Of a stretch of DNA of 60,901 bases, positions 36,097 through 50,100 are shown piece by piece. This stretch comes from Neovahlkampfia damariscottae (Eukaryota), in contig JABLTG010000129.1 of NCBI GenBank assembly GCA_016618085.1, positions 1 to 60,901 of the forward strand, given 5' to 3'. The number at the start of each line of letters is the position of its first letter. The first letter of the stretch is position 1. Both the position numbers and the translations under genes were made by a program. Below the pieces are notes generated by a model. That model made no database searches. It had not been told where the DNA came from and saw nothing but the letters and a program-made list of their open reading frames with translations.

Positions 36097-37323
36097 TCAT
36101 TGATGTCTTAATGTCTCATGAGCAGAATTAATTTCATTATGTAAAACTAAACTTTTTTGATCAATCCATTGTAATGTTGTCAAATGTGAATTTAAAATTT
36201 GAACAATTTGATTAACTTTATTTTCAGGATCTATTGATTTTTCAAAACTAACATTTAATTTTGTAATCATATCTTTTAAAGAACCTGTCATTTGATCTAA
36301 TTGTTTATTTATATCTTCTGCAGTTTCATACATTTTTTGTCTGTCTTTATCAGGTTCACCTAAATTAGTTGATTGATACATTGAATCAACTTTGCCTTCC
36401 ATTGAATCTAATACTTTTTCAAGATCACTTTGTTGTGAAAGAATCAGTTCTAAATTGAGATCTAAGTCTTTTTGTTGAATTCCAACTTTTTTAACTTCTG
36501 TGTAAACATCTGTTATCTATTTGATTTTTTAGTTTATTTTTCTTACTTTTTCTTCATTTATTAATAATTCTTTATCCCATTTTGCCGCTTGAACTGCGAG
36601 TTTTGTAAAGGAACTAACATCTTCTTCAAGTTCTATATTCCATTTATTTATTATATCTTCAACAGTTTTGTTTTTTAAATTGAACATTTCAACTGATGTT
36701 GATTTTGTTGATAAAATTCCTTTTGGTTCTTCTGTTTTTTTTTCTTCTGTTTTTGTTTCTCCTCCAAAATTGAGTGATAAACCTGTTTCTTTTTTTTCTT
36801 CTTTTTCTCCTCCAAAACTAAATGATGAACCTGTTTCTTTTTTTTCTTCTGTTGATGAAGAACCAAATCCAAAACCAGTTGACTCTTTTTTTTCTTCTGT
36901 TTTTTTTGTATCTGTTGAACCACCTCCAAATGAAAATCCAGCACCTGCTGTTTCTGTTTTTTTTTCTGATGCATCATTACCACCAAAAGAAAAACTTGCT
37001 GATGAAGTATCAAGAGATAAATTTTTTTTCTTTGATGATTCGTCTTTTGTATCTAATGCATGAGTTTTTTTTTCTGCTGATTTTGATTCTGCTCCAAATG
37101 AAAATCCTCCTGCAGAAGCATCACCACCAAAAGAAAATGAAGAACCTGAATCAGTTTTCTTTTCAATTGAACTTCCACTAAAACCCAAACTTACGTCTGT
37201 TTTTTTCTCATCTTTTTTTGAATCCGTTCCAAAACTAAAACCACCACCTGTTCCTGAGTCACTTGCACCAAGTGAAAATCCAGTAGAACCACTTCCACTA
37301 TCACCACCAAAATTGAAACTCAT
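36097..37323 (-). CDS. NUP62: Nucleoporin Nup62/Nsp1
   Basis: FSFG/FNFG repeats followed by the Nsp1 C-terminal coiled coil (LKNKTVEDIINKWNIEL, AKWD, ILNSHLTTLQWID). Confidence 0.92.
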
Positions 37324-37357
37324 TTTTTTTTGAAAATTTAATCCAATAAAAAAAGTT

Positions 37358-38090
37358 TTATTTTTTTTCCAACCTTATCAAATCAACTTGAATATCTTGA
37401 CTTTTTTTTTTATGAAATTTATAAGAATTTTCAATATTATATTTTAACTCTGCTACTACTTTCGGTTTAAAACCCCATGATTCTGATTTTTTTAAAATAT
37501 GATTTCTAGTTGATGTTTTATGTAAAGAATATACAACATCACAAATTTCTGTTGCAATTTTTAAAAATTCCATATCTAATCCTTTTTGTTTTGTACCAAA
37601 TGGTGGGTTCATTATTACCGTATCAAATGTTTTCTTTTCTCTTTTTAATTGTTTTAAATTTTTTTCAAATTGTAAAACATCAACATGAATAAAATCAATA
37701 TCAGCTTCAATTTCTTGAGCATTTTCCGTTGCAATATCCAGAGCATCCATATCAATATCAATACCTATTTTAATTAACAAAATATGAAGTTAAATTTACC
37801 TGTGACAGAAGCAGCATTCAAAAAGAAAGCTCCAATTGATAGCATTCCTGTACCTGTTTGAAATTTAATTATTTAATTATTTTACCCGTTCCAAGATCCA
37901 AAACATGTTTATCTTCTATGTCATTATAGGAATGTTCTGCTGTATACAAAAAATGTGAAGCAATATGAGGTGGTGTCAAATACTTTGAAACACTTTAAAT
38001 ATTTGAGTGATTTACTTGTTCTAATTTGATTTTTGGATTTTCAAAACTTTCAACGTCTTGCAGTATTGCTTCCAATTCCCACAACTTCAT
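37358..38090 (-). CDS. METTL5: METTL5 18S rRNA m6A methyltransferase
   Basis: FENPKIKLEQYLTPPHIA, VLDLGTGTGML, catalytic MNPPFGTK, VYSLHKTSTR and YKFHKKKS.DI.VD. Confidence 0.94.
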
Positions 38091-38244
38091 TTTAACCAAT
38101 AAATCTCTGTTATTTTTTGTATTTTAAAAATTATAGAATTTAGAAATACCAAACAATTAAAGGTTCAAAAAGTTTGTGAACAACCAATTTAAGAAGATAC
38201 AATTTCATTGGTCAACCATCAATCAACTGAAGACAACAAGAGTA

Positions 38245-40528
38245 ATGAATGAACTTTACAATTTTGACAAATACATTCAATCACATGAAAATGAAAAGGC
38301 AAGAGTCGTATTAGTACATGAGCCTGGAATGGAAGCAGTAATATCAAATTCTAAATTCTAAACTTCAAAAATAAAGGTACTTGGAAGTCTTCACTCAAGT
38401 GGAGCTTTATTTGAAAAACCGGTAAATATTGAATTAGCTAGAAAACATCATACAAAATTCAGAGAAACAATGGCAGGTCATGGAATTAAAGTGTACACAG
38501 TCAGAGAAATTTTATCTGAAGGATGTGAACAAAATTTGAAAGCAAGAGTGAATTTAGAAGATTTAGCTCAAGGTAGAAAATAATTATGATTAATATATTT
38601 AGTTGTTTTGAAATATGAATTTGAAGATGTTGAACAAAAACCATCACTTTTACCACAAGATCAACAAGTTATTTCAGGAAGACATTCTTTTTCAGAGAAA
38701 AATAAACAAGCTACTTCAGAAATACAAAAGTATTATTTAAGTGAAGAATATAAAAAACAATGTTTAAAATCAATGGGTGTTCATGATTTAGTTGATTTAA
38801 TTTTGAATGGACCAACAGTTGTTCTTCAACCTAGCAAAATTAATACACCTTTAAGAATTAAAAGAATTAGCATGAATCCATTATTGAATTTAAGTTTTAC
38901 AAGAGATCAACAAATTGTTACAAGAAATGGTTTAATTGTAAATAGAATGGGTTCACCTCAACGCTTAAGAGAAACTAAAATTATGGAATTTTGTTATAAA
39001 AAAATGGGAATTCCAATTTTAGGAGTTATTAAAGCACCTGGTTTATTAGAAGGTGGTGATTTTATTTCATTAGGTGATTTATGTTTAATTGGAACTGGTT
39101 TAAGAACCAATGATATTGCTGTTGATCAAGCAATGAAAAATGATTGGTTTGGAAGTACAAGAGTTGCTGTTGTTCGTGATATTTTTGATTTATCACAACA
39201 AAGAATGCATTTAGATACAGTTTTTAATATTTGTGGTGATAATGTCTGCACAATGTTAGAAGATATTATTGGGAAAGAAAGTAAAACAAGAAGATTAGTT
39301 ACAGAATATACAAAAAATGAAAAGGGTATATATGTTATCACAAAAAGGGATATTGAATTTTCAGAATATATTCAAGCAGAAGGTTTTAATATTATCAAAG
39401 TTACAAATGCTCAACAATACGCTTATGGTTTAAATTACTTAAATGTTGGAAATTCAAATATCATTTCAGTTCATGAAGAGACTGCTAGAAAAATGTTACA
39501 AGTAAGGAATTGTAAATATTAATTCAACTCAATAGAGTCCTCATTTTAACGGAAATATTGAAGTTATTGATTTTTCTGGAATGACAACTATGTTTGGATC
39601 TGTTCATTGTTGTAGTCAAGTTCTTTTCAGAGAAGAACGTCCACAACTTCAACATACAAAAAAATTTGAAAAAGAGTTTTCCTTTTATGAAAATTCAAAT
39701 GAAATTGCTCAATTTTCAAATAAATTAATGATGGTTGCTCCTTCATTTGGTGATCCAAATCAAAGAAAATTGACTGAAGATTCTTTACTTGAATTCTCAA
39801 AAATTCATCAAGTCTTAGTGGATAATGGTGCGAAAATTTATTTATTCGATCAATATGTTCATGAAAAAACAATTTTAGGTCATTTTCCTTCACATTTATT
39901 TTCAACACATTTCACTTCAGATAAAAAATCAAAAATTATATTCTATCCAAAAAAGAAAGAGCAAAAGAAAGAAAGAATTATTTCACTTTTAAATTCATGG
40001 TATAAAGATAATACCACAATTGATAATGATTCACTTGAAGGATCTGGTTCAATTGTTTTTGATAGGGTGAATATGATTGGATATTTTGCAAAATCTGAAA
40101 AGACAAATTCAACTTTAGCTGAAAAAACAATTATAGATTTAGGATATAAACCATTTGAACTCCAATTTTCAACAGATGCATTGGAAAAACAATTTACAAA
40201 TTCATCACTTTTCATTGGTAGTTCAATCGCAATTGTTTGTAAAGAATCATTCACAAATTGTGAAGATTTAATTAATAACTTAAAGAAAACACATATTGTC
40301 ATTGAAATTAATCAAGAACAAGCTATTAAATTCTGTGCATCAATATTTGAATTCGGACAATCAAAAGACCAATCATTTTTAGTTTTATCAACAACATCAT
40401 TCAATGCATTCAGTAAAGAACAAGTTGAAACATTAAAATTAAAATCAAAATTATTGACAGTTGATTCAGAATGTTTGGAAAAATTAACAAACTTTGGAAT
40501 TGGAAATTTATTTGCACCTTTATTTTAA
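38245..40528 (+). CDS. Arginine deiminase fused to a second, degenerate amidinotransferase-fold (CtlX-like) domain
   Basis: ADI motifs FTRDQ, LEGGD, MHLDT and FGSVHC. The same exon continues into LMMVAP, FP..LFSTH and LEGSGSIVFDR. Confidence 0.88.
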
Positions 40529-41189
40529 AGATATAAACTTTTTAAAAAATCTTTTCTTGTTTGCATTGAACATTTTTTGAATGTTTCAATTAATTCATTA
40601 CATTTTAAAATATCTTTTTCATTGTCATAACATTTCATTATTTTTGATTTTTCACCTTCACAAGGATAATTTTTTTGTTCTCTTTTTGGTACTTTTTTTT
40701 TCCAAAATTTAATTTCTTCTTCCATATGTTCTGCTCTTGCGTCTTCAAGATGTTCAAGAAGTTTTTTATTTTGTTTTTTCATTTCAAACATTTCGAATTT
40801 CAATTTATTTGAATCTTCTTGGTCTTTGAAAAAAATGGTAAGTTTTTTTTTTTTTCAGTTTTTCTAACTTTCTTTTAGAAGTGCTCTCAAAACTTCAATA
40901 TTAGTTTCTTTGTCAACAGAATAATTTTCTTGTTTCATCTCTTTCACTGGAATTTTTTCGATTTTTGGTTCTTCTTTGACTTCTATTTTTTCAACTTGAA
41001 CAGGTTCAACTTTTGGTATTTCTACTGGTGTTTCAACTTTAATGTTTTCTTCTTCAACTTTTGCAACTTCAGTTTTTTCTTTTGCTTGAAAAGAAGCAGC
41101 ATTGAGGAATTTATTTCTAAAAGATTGACTAACCTAAAAAAAATAGATGAGTTAAATTCGTTTTTGAATACCCTGATTTCAGTCTTCAT
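40525..41189 (-). CDS. Twin-CX9C (CHCH) coiled-coil protein, MIC19/CHCHD3-like
   Basis: The spliced N-terminus MKTEIRVSQSF resembles the MIC19 IR[LV]S motif. A coiled coil follows, then PC-x9-C...LKC-x9-C. Confidence 0.62.
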
Positions 41190-41253
41190 TTTTTCTCAAC
41201 TCAATTGTCCAATCAAACAAAGGAGTAGTGAAAAAAAATCGTTACAAAACAAA

Positions 41254-41880
41254 ATGCAAAAAGAAGACAATGATGATGAATATTTTGAAGGACCAAGAGT
41301 TTTTCGTTTAAAGGGTGCAATGAATCAAACTGTTGACAAAATTATCTCTGAATTAAGTTGGGAAAAATTTTTATCTTGTTTTCCAACTGAATTCGTAGAA
41401 GAAAACAAAAAAGTAATTTATGAGAGCTATGTAAGTGCTTTCTCTTCATTATTTGGAGAAAATGTAAAAGTAAGTATTTAAAAAAAAACCCACCCTTTTT
41501 TGTCAAGAGTGAATTTAAAATAATTTGTGAAGAAATTAATTTAAGAAAAAAATTAAATGAATTAGATACTAGTATATTAGATTTATCAGATGAAAAATTG
41601 TAATTTTATTTCTTTAGTTTTTATTTTTTTTTCAAGTTCGACTGGTAATGATGAAACAAATGATTTGACAGGTATTGTTGATTCAGTTGGTAATAAAGAG
41701 AAACTTGTCAATGAAATGAATGATTTATTAAGTAAATTAAAAATAGAATCAAAAAAACAACAAAAAGAAAATGAAACATTAACTTCAAAACTTCAAGAAG
41801 CATCAGATTTAATACAAAATCAAATGGAAAAGCTTGAAGAAACAATAGAAACCATAAATGAATGGGATGAATTGGAATAA
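41254..41880 (+). CDS. NNF1/PMF1 kinetochore (MIS12/MIND complex) subunit-like protein
   Basis: R..RL, SWEKFLSCFP and EFKIICEEINLRKKLNELD, then a coiled coil. Two introns. Confidence 0.75.
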
Positions 41881-41995
41881 AAAAATTTTTTTTTTTTTTC
41901 ATTTTAAAAAATCGTTAGAGAAATCTATTGGTCAATTATTTTTAGATAAATCCTTAGCTGCAAAAGAAAAGGGGTTCAAAAAAAAAAAAAGGAAA

Positions 41996-44045
41996 ATGAC
42001 AACGATCGAAGAAGATAAAAATAATCGATACAATATTCCTTGTAAATACTATTTGACTGGTGCGACCATAAAAAAAAAATATTAAAATTCTTTTTTTTTT
42101 TTTTAGGAAGCTGTAAACTTGGAAAAGAATGTAAATTTTTGCATGAAAAACCTAAAGAAGAAAAGAAGAAAAATGCATCATTACAAGGGATTCGTGATAG
42201 TTTAAACCACGTTTCCCAAATTTTATTATCCAGAAAACCACTGTTACATTTGGTAGTTCTTTTCGCTGCTGATTTAAGAGTAAGAAAGTATGCAGAAGAT
42301 ACAGAGAATTTATTTATAGAGAATGGAATACATGTTTATATGCAAATGGAAACAGAAAATAGAGAGTATATTAAACCAGATAATTTATTAGACATTATAA
42401 CTCAAAGTACAAGTGATTATTTAGTTGTAATTGGTGATAGAAATATGAAAAATAAAACATGTCATGCAAAAAAATCAGGTAAATTAGTTGAAATATCAGT
42501 TGATGAAAGAATTGAAACAATAATATCAGAATGGGACAATCAACATCAATCAAATGATAAAATTGATATTTTAAATTTACAAGTTGAAAATATATCAAAA
42601 TCACAAATATTAGAAATAATTCAACTTTTTACTGGTATAAAACATATTTCTGATAGATATCTAAGATTGAAAAAAGGTTTGTTTAAATAAAAAAAAAAAT
42701 TGATTTTTAAAGTATCACAAGAAATGAAAAATTGGACAAATGTAAATGATGAAAAGAATGTAACAACATTAACTACAAATCAAAATGCATGTATAAGACT
42801 TCATAAAGATCTAATTTATTGTTTACAAATTTTAAATGAAATACCAATTGATGAACATTCAGAAAGAGGTTTAAGTTTAGCATCACCTGAAGATCCAATC
42901 ATTGGAATAAGTGAATTATTAAAAGAAAGATTAATTTTAGAATGTCAAAGTATGATACCAAATATTGAAAAAATTGGTTCAAATTTATCAGAATTTACAA
43001 ATAATTCTTCTTTATGGATTGCTTATATTCAAGAATCAAAAATGAAAAAAAAGAAAAAAGAAAATAATGTATCATCATCATCATCAATAACAACAACAAC
43101 AACAATGAAATCTGATTCAATTCCAAGTTCACCTGATAATTTTAATGGGAATCAAAGTCCAATAAAGAAGATAATGAATATTCAAAAAGATATTAAGATT
43201 AAGAAAAAAGAATTAACTATTGATACAACTACTAATTCAAAAAAGACAATAATTTCATCACCAACAGTTTCATGGGCAACTCAAACTGTTATTAAATCAC
43301 CACCAAATCAAACAAAAGAATTTGATAATCAATTTCCTTCTTTAAGTGGAAAGAATAAGACAAAAAAAAAAGAAAAAGAAATATTATCACCTTCAACACA
43401 ATTTGATTTCTTAGATGAAAAAGAAGAAAATAAAACAACAAAAAGTTATTCAAATTCAAATTTATCAGATTTATCAGATTTATGGAATCCAACAGATACA
43501 TTAAGTACTTTAAATTTTTCAAGTTCATTTTCAAAAGTATATTCCCTAAAAATATTATTAATATTTTTTAAAATTAGTTATCTTCATCATTTGATGATCA
43601 AATGAATTTAGGTAAATGGTCTTCATCAACAGATGATTTGTATGATTCAAATGATTTTAATAGTTATAAATCTCCATTTTTTAATAGTAGAAAAGAGACA
43701 TCAAAATTTTCATCAAACTTTTCATCATTTACATCATCAAAACCAACAACACCTTTTGATTTTCCTTCATCTCATAAAGAAGAACAAAATTCATTTATGA
43801 AACAACCAAGGAATAGAACAAAATCTGAACCTGCAAATGTTTATTATTCAAATTCAAATATAAAAAAACCATGTAATATTTGTTCAAAAGAATCAATTTT
43901 TGAATGCAATTTCTGTGCTAATTTAATTAAAAAAGGAGTCAATTTACAAAAAATATTTTTTTGTTCTGATTGTATGAAAACTGGATGGAAAAATCATCAT
44001 AAAATTCATGAAAAATTATCAGTTGAATATAAAATATTTTTATAA
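41996..44045 (+). CDS. CCCH zinc finger, NCOA5-like alpha/beta domain, S/T-rich region and MYND-like finger
   Basis: PCKYYLTGSCKLGKECKFLH; RKYAE...YLVVIGDRNMKNKTC; C-terminal CNIC...CNFC...FFCSDC...WKNHHKIH. Confidence 0.65.
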
Positions 44046-44156
44046 TTTATTTTTTGATTTTTAATTCGGAGAATTAGTGACTAAATTTTAACCAATCATC
44101 TTCGGCTATTTTAACCAATAAAATAGCATAACGTCTAGCAAAAAGAAACAACTACA

Positions 44157-47100
44157 ATGGAAGACATTTTGGTCCCTGGTTTAATTGAAAAAACCACAGA
44201 ATCTGTAATTCCAATTATTAATTAATACAATTAGCTACCATTTAAACATAAAATAAATGCTAAGAAAATTAAAGAGTTGCGTTTGAATGCTCTTTCTTTA
44301 GTTAAAGTTGCTACATACCACCATTCACATGTTTTAAGTGGAATTAGTCATATGTTAGATACTATCAACAAGGCACAAAAAGCTGATGAAATGACAAATT
44401 CAACTGAAAATCCTCAAACAACAACTTCAACAAGTTGGGATAAATACTTGAAAGTGAGTTTTTTTTTTTATTAATTTCAAAAGTCAAAATTTTTGATGCT
44501 TCAATTATTCAGTAGAGTTCTGTCATCTCTTATCAATGACGAAAAAGTAAAAAAAAAAACACACATTGTTAACTTTTCACTATAGTACGATATCCGTTTT
44601 GATGATGATTTATTTGGACAAGGAGATGATCTTTTTGAACAAAAAGACGATTCAGGTGAAGACGATTTTCTTTCTCAAGACCAAAAAGAAGATAAAAAAC
44701 CTGAAAAGAAAGAAGATAAAAAAGAAGAAAAATCTGTTACACAAAAAAGTGATGATGTTATTCAAATTGTTGAAGAAGAAACTATTGAAGTTGAACAAAA
44801 AAAAGAATACAAAGTTTGAAACTATTAAAACATAACTCATTTTTAAATAGATGCCAACTTTAGATTCAGGTGTTTGTAATGCTGTTTTAAAATCTTTACT
44901 TGAAATATTAAATGAATCAACAATTCCAGAAAGAATTCACAATATGGCTGCTAGAGTTCTTTTTAAATTATCAGTTCTTGCATTTGATGTAGTCTTTCAA
45001 AAACTTGATAGTAGTTTGAGAAATATGAAAACTGACACGTAAGAATGTTTCTTTTTTTTTTTAACAAACTAGAATTGATAATTCAACTTGTTATTTGATT
45101 CAATTTGTTCATTTTGATACAGATAAAATTGGAAAACTCATGGGACTTTTAACAGATAATTTACCAAAATTCAAAAATGCTGCATTTAGTGCAATTGCTG
45201 AACCTTTAAGAATGGGTATTTGGAATTGGATGAATATTCATCCACAAGGTAAAAAAAAAAATAAGTTTTAACTTTCAAATTTAGAATTAATTGACTTTTG
45301 CAAATATAAAAAGAGATTAAGTGCCTCTTCATTACCTTTATTTGATGCATTCAACACTTATGCAAGTAAAAAAACTAGAGAAGCAGTTGTTTGGCCTGTT
45401 ATGACACTTCTTTTAATTTTAGATCCTGATACATTTGATAAAGTTGCTTTAGCAGTTAAAAAGAATGAAAAGATTGATGCACATAAAAAAGAAAGAAAAT
45501 TTTTATATAATTTAGTTCATGATTTATCAAAAAAAGATAAAAATGATGCATCCATCATTTGTTTTATTGATTTATTCAAAATATCTGCATACATGCCAAA
45601 AAATGATTTCAAATCACTTAGATTGTATATTGCTGAAATTCAAAATACAATTCAAGATAAATTAATTGTGGCACATGATTCACCTTCAAGTGTTATTAAA
45701 AAATTTGGAAGAGGAGATGTACCTTTAATTGTTGATTTTGTTGTTGGATCATTTCTTATTAATTCAAGACATATTTCATCATATGTATTTCCAATTTTAT
45801 TTGCACAAGATAGTTTAGCAATTTATAAATTAGTTGCAGCTAAATCAGTTTTAAGATTAGCAAGAGAAGGTGCAAGTTTAAGTTGGCATCCAACACTTTC
45901 ACAATCATATTCAACATTTCCAAGAATGTTAAGAGGATTATTTCAACATATTCTTCAACAATATGAAAAAGAAAGAAAAGAAAAAGAAGAATTTCTTAGA
46001 CAACAAAAAGGAAATAAAAAATTAGATGAACAATATGCAGAAGATACATTAAGAAATTTATTGGCTTTATTTTATACAGATCCAAAATTATTACTTTATC
46101 CACCTAGTGATCCAACAAATCATAAAACTGATATTTTATATGTAATTACAGGTGTTTGTCAATGTTTAGAAGAAAGATTTGCACCTGCTGTTCAAACACA
46201 AGCATATAAATTATTATTAAGAATATTTGATATGAAATATATTCAATATTGGTGTCCAACAGATGTTGTTACAGGTTTTATTGAAATTTCATCTGTTGTT
46301 TTACAATTTTTTTCACAAAATTTATCAAATACACATGATATTCAAAAACCATCAATTAAAACAATTTTAGAATTATTAAAAGAATTAACATCAAATATAA
46401 ATAAATTTATTGCAAAAAATATTTCATCAATTGATCAAAGTCATTTAAAAATTAAAAAAAGAATTGAAGGTTTTAAAGTTTTAGAAAAGTCACTTTTAAT
46501 TTTAATGTGTTCAACTGAATTAGAAGTTTGGAGTACAGCTGCAAGTTGTTTTTCAGATGCATGTGATCAAGTTAATATTCTTGATGATTTAGAATCTTCT
46601 TTAAATCCAATTCAAGGAAATTATACACTTTATAGAAAATTATCAAATTTAGAAGATTTAGGTAAAAATGAAAATGATCAACAATTCGCAATTAGAAAAT
46701 TAATTAGAGAATTTACACAACCAACAGACTCAATTTTATCTGCAATGATTGAAGTTTATTCAAGATGGAAAACATTATTAAATAAATTAAAAGAAGTTAA
46801 AGAAATTAATGATGATTTACAAAATAGTGCAAAAATTTGGAAGAATTATACACAATTTTTAGTTTCAATTGGTGGTGTTTATTTACATTCACAAGGTATA
46901 AAACCAGAATCAGAATTTAAAAAAGAAAGAAAAAGTATGTATTTAACATCAGGTCTTGCAGGAAGTAGAGAATCAAATAATCAAAGTTCATTTGATTTAG
47001 GTGGTGATGCAAGTGGAAAAACAAAAGAAAAAGGAAGTAAAACAGTTGAAGAATTATTAGGTAAAATTGATGATTTATTATTATCAACAAATAATCAATT

Positions 47101-50100
47101 TAAAGAAGATTTAAAATCAATTATTGGAAAAGAAGCACATCCTGCATTATTTCAATATTTATTTAAATCATTTCATAAAAGAATTAATGATTTTTTTAAT
47201 AAAGATGGTTCACTTCAAGTTACAGATGAAGCAACAAGTTATATTGAAAATACAATTTCAATTTCAAGAACTGTTTTAGAATCAGCTCAAAATTATTCAG
47301 AATATTTAACAACTGCAAATTTTGATACTTTAATTATGTTATTTATAAAATATATAAGTTATGTTTCACCAGAACAAAAAGTTCAATTAAAACAAAATAT
47401 TTGTCGTTTAATTTCATTAGTAATGGAAAAGAAACAATATTTAAAATTCTCTGTTGAAAATTTTAGATATCAAATTTTAAATAAATTACAAGAATGGACT
47501 GCTGATTTTGAATTAAAAATTAAAGATGCAACTGCTGCAATTACAGAAGATAATCTTCATGTTACAGGTCAAATTAATTTAGATTTAGCTTGTATGAGAG
47601 CTATTACTTTTGTTTTAAGAGATTTACCTTTAGAAGATTATAAGAGTTTCTTAAAATTTTTCAGATTTTTTGTTAGATATTTACATGCATGCACAAAAGA
47701 AGAATTAAAAGAAGTTAGAGATTTAAGACAATCAACTGTTGTTGCATTATCAAACTTATTAGAATCTAATTTTAATTTTGGTTTAGATCAATTTTTGAAA
47801 TATTTATATGTTGAAAAAAAAGAATCTGTTAGAACTGCATTTCTTGATGTATTAACAAATATTACAAAAAAAGGAATTGAATTACAAGAATCAAATGATC
47901 AAGATGTTTCAAAAGATATGTATGAAAAATTTTATGAAGTTTTATGTAAAGATAATTTAAAAATTACACGTTTACTTTTATCAACTGTACCTGTTTCAGA
48001 ACAAGATTCTTTATGTGATTCAATTGTTAGAATATTTGAAATTAATAACAAAGCAGTTCAACTTTTTAAATTTGTTTTAGAACAAGAAGTTAATTCAACA
48101 TTTGAAAGATCTGTTTTATTTAGATCAAATAGTTCTTTTTCAAAAATGATGTCTGCTTATTTAAATTTTTCTGCAAAAGAATATATGAATAACTCAATTG
48201 GAGTTTTTGTAAAAAGTATTTGTAATGAACCAGGAGAATTTGAAGTTGATCCAGCAAAAGTAAAAGAAGGTGAAACATTAGAACAAAATGCAGCAAATTT
48301 AACTGATTTATGTAATTCAATTTTTGTAGGAATTCAACAATCTGCTGATGAAATACCATATAAAGTTAGAATTATTTTAAATCATCTTTGGACTACTGTT
48401 AATGAAAAATTCCCTCCTGAAGATGAAAATCCACATAATGCAAGACATGTTGCAATTGGAGCAGTTTTATTTTTAAGATTCTTATGTCCTGCAATTATTT
48501 CACCACAAAAATATGGTTTAATTGAAGGAAATCCATCATCACAAGCATTGCGTTGTTTAACTTTAATTACTAAATGTTTACAAAATGTTGCAAATGGAGT
48601 TACTTTTGGTAAAAAAGAAAAAGGATTAGATGTTTTAAATTCATTTGTTGAAAAACATGTAATTTTAGCAAGAGAATTTTTTGATGATATTGCAACATTA
48701 CCAGAAGCAGGAGATGAAACATCAATTGTATTTGATGTTTCAGAAGAAGAAAGATTAAATGATTTTGGATGTCTTCATAGATATATTTATAATTATTTAG
48801 ATGATATGGAAGATAAATCATCTGATCATGATGTTAGTGTTGAATTATTAACAAAATTGATTGATGTTCTTACACCAATGGGAAGACCACCTGAAGAAAA
48901 TAAAGAAACAACAAGTTATATTTCAAAAGATTTTAAATCACCAAAATTAACAGAATTCTTAAAACAACATGAAGGATTAGATTTAACTGAATTTAAAAGT
49001 AAACAATATTTTTATGTTGGTGGAATATCAATTGAAAAAAGACCTGTTGTTTATTTAATTGCAAGACAATTTTTTGAACCAAAATCAAAAATTAAAGATG
49101 ATAAACCAAATGATTCAGTTTTATATTTTATTTTAAAAACATTACAATCTGTATTTACAAAACCATATGAATTAGTTTTTGATTGTACACATTGGGGTGG
49201 TTCAAATATTAAAGAATCTTATATTATGTCAATTTTAGAATATTTACCAAAAGGTGCAAAAAAGAATTTATCAAGAATTATAATTTATAATCCATCAAGA
49301 TCTGCTGCAATTAAATTAAATAAAATATCAAAAATACCAATTATTTCAAAAAAAGTATTCAAAAAAATTGAATTTGCATCTGGATTAAAAGATTTAGAGA
49401 AATTTATTGATACTAAAAATTTATATTTTCCAGAAAGTACATCAAAATTTGATGCAGAAGAAGAATATACATTTTCACCAGTTACATATATTCCTTCAAA
49501 AGGAGTTGAAGAAAAAGTTATTGTTAAAGTATCACGTAAATATTTATGGGCAATTGGTGAAGAAAAAATATTTAATCAAACTATAAAAATTGTTGATTTT
49601 ATTCCAATTTTATTAATGGAAAAGATATTATTAGAAGATAAAGCAGTATCAATATTTTATTATCATGATGGTGATAAGAATCCATTATTTTCAGCTGATT
49701 CAGCACAAACACTTTATCAAGTTTTACAAACATCAAAACAAAGAATGATTGCTGAATCAAAATTAGCAGATACAGATACAATGGTTTCAATTAAACAATC
49801 AGATGTTCCTGGTTCAATGTTAAATATGTGTTTCTTAAGTTTAGAATCACAAAATCCAAAAACAAGAACAGCTGCATACAATTTATTAGTTGCACTTGCT
49901 GAACAATTTAGTTTTCCAGTTACTGTACTTGAAAATAAAGATATGATTGTACCAAGAAATACAGGTGATTTAGTTATTTCTTTAAGTCAACAAGTTGCTT
50001 TTGGTAAACCAAATTTAACAATTTCATTTCTTGTTGCTTCATTAAAAGGTTATAATTTATATAAAAAACAAAAAAGTTTAAAATCAAATTCAGATGAAGA

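Noticed and set aside
36668..37181. Antisense or alternate-frame ORFs over Nup62, and similar ones over SWR1, Kelch-RhoGAP, HAS1 and NF1
   Set aside because: These are shadow ORFs of low-complexity or biased coding sequence (F/S/L-rich) with no motifs of their own.
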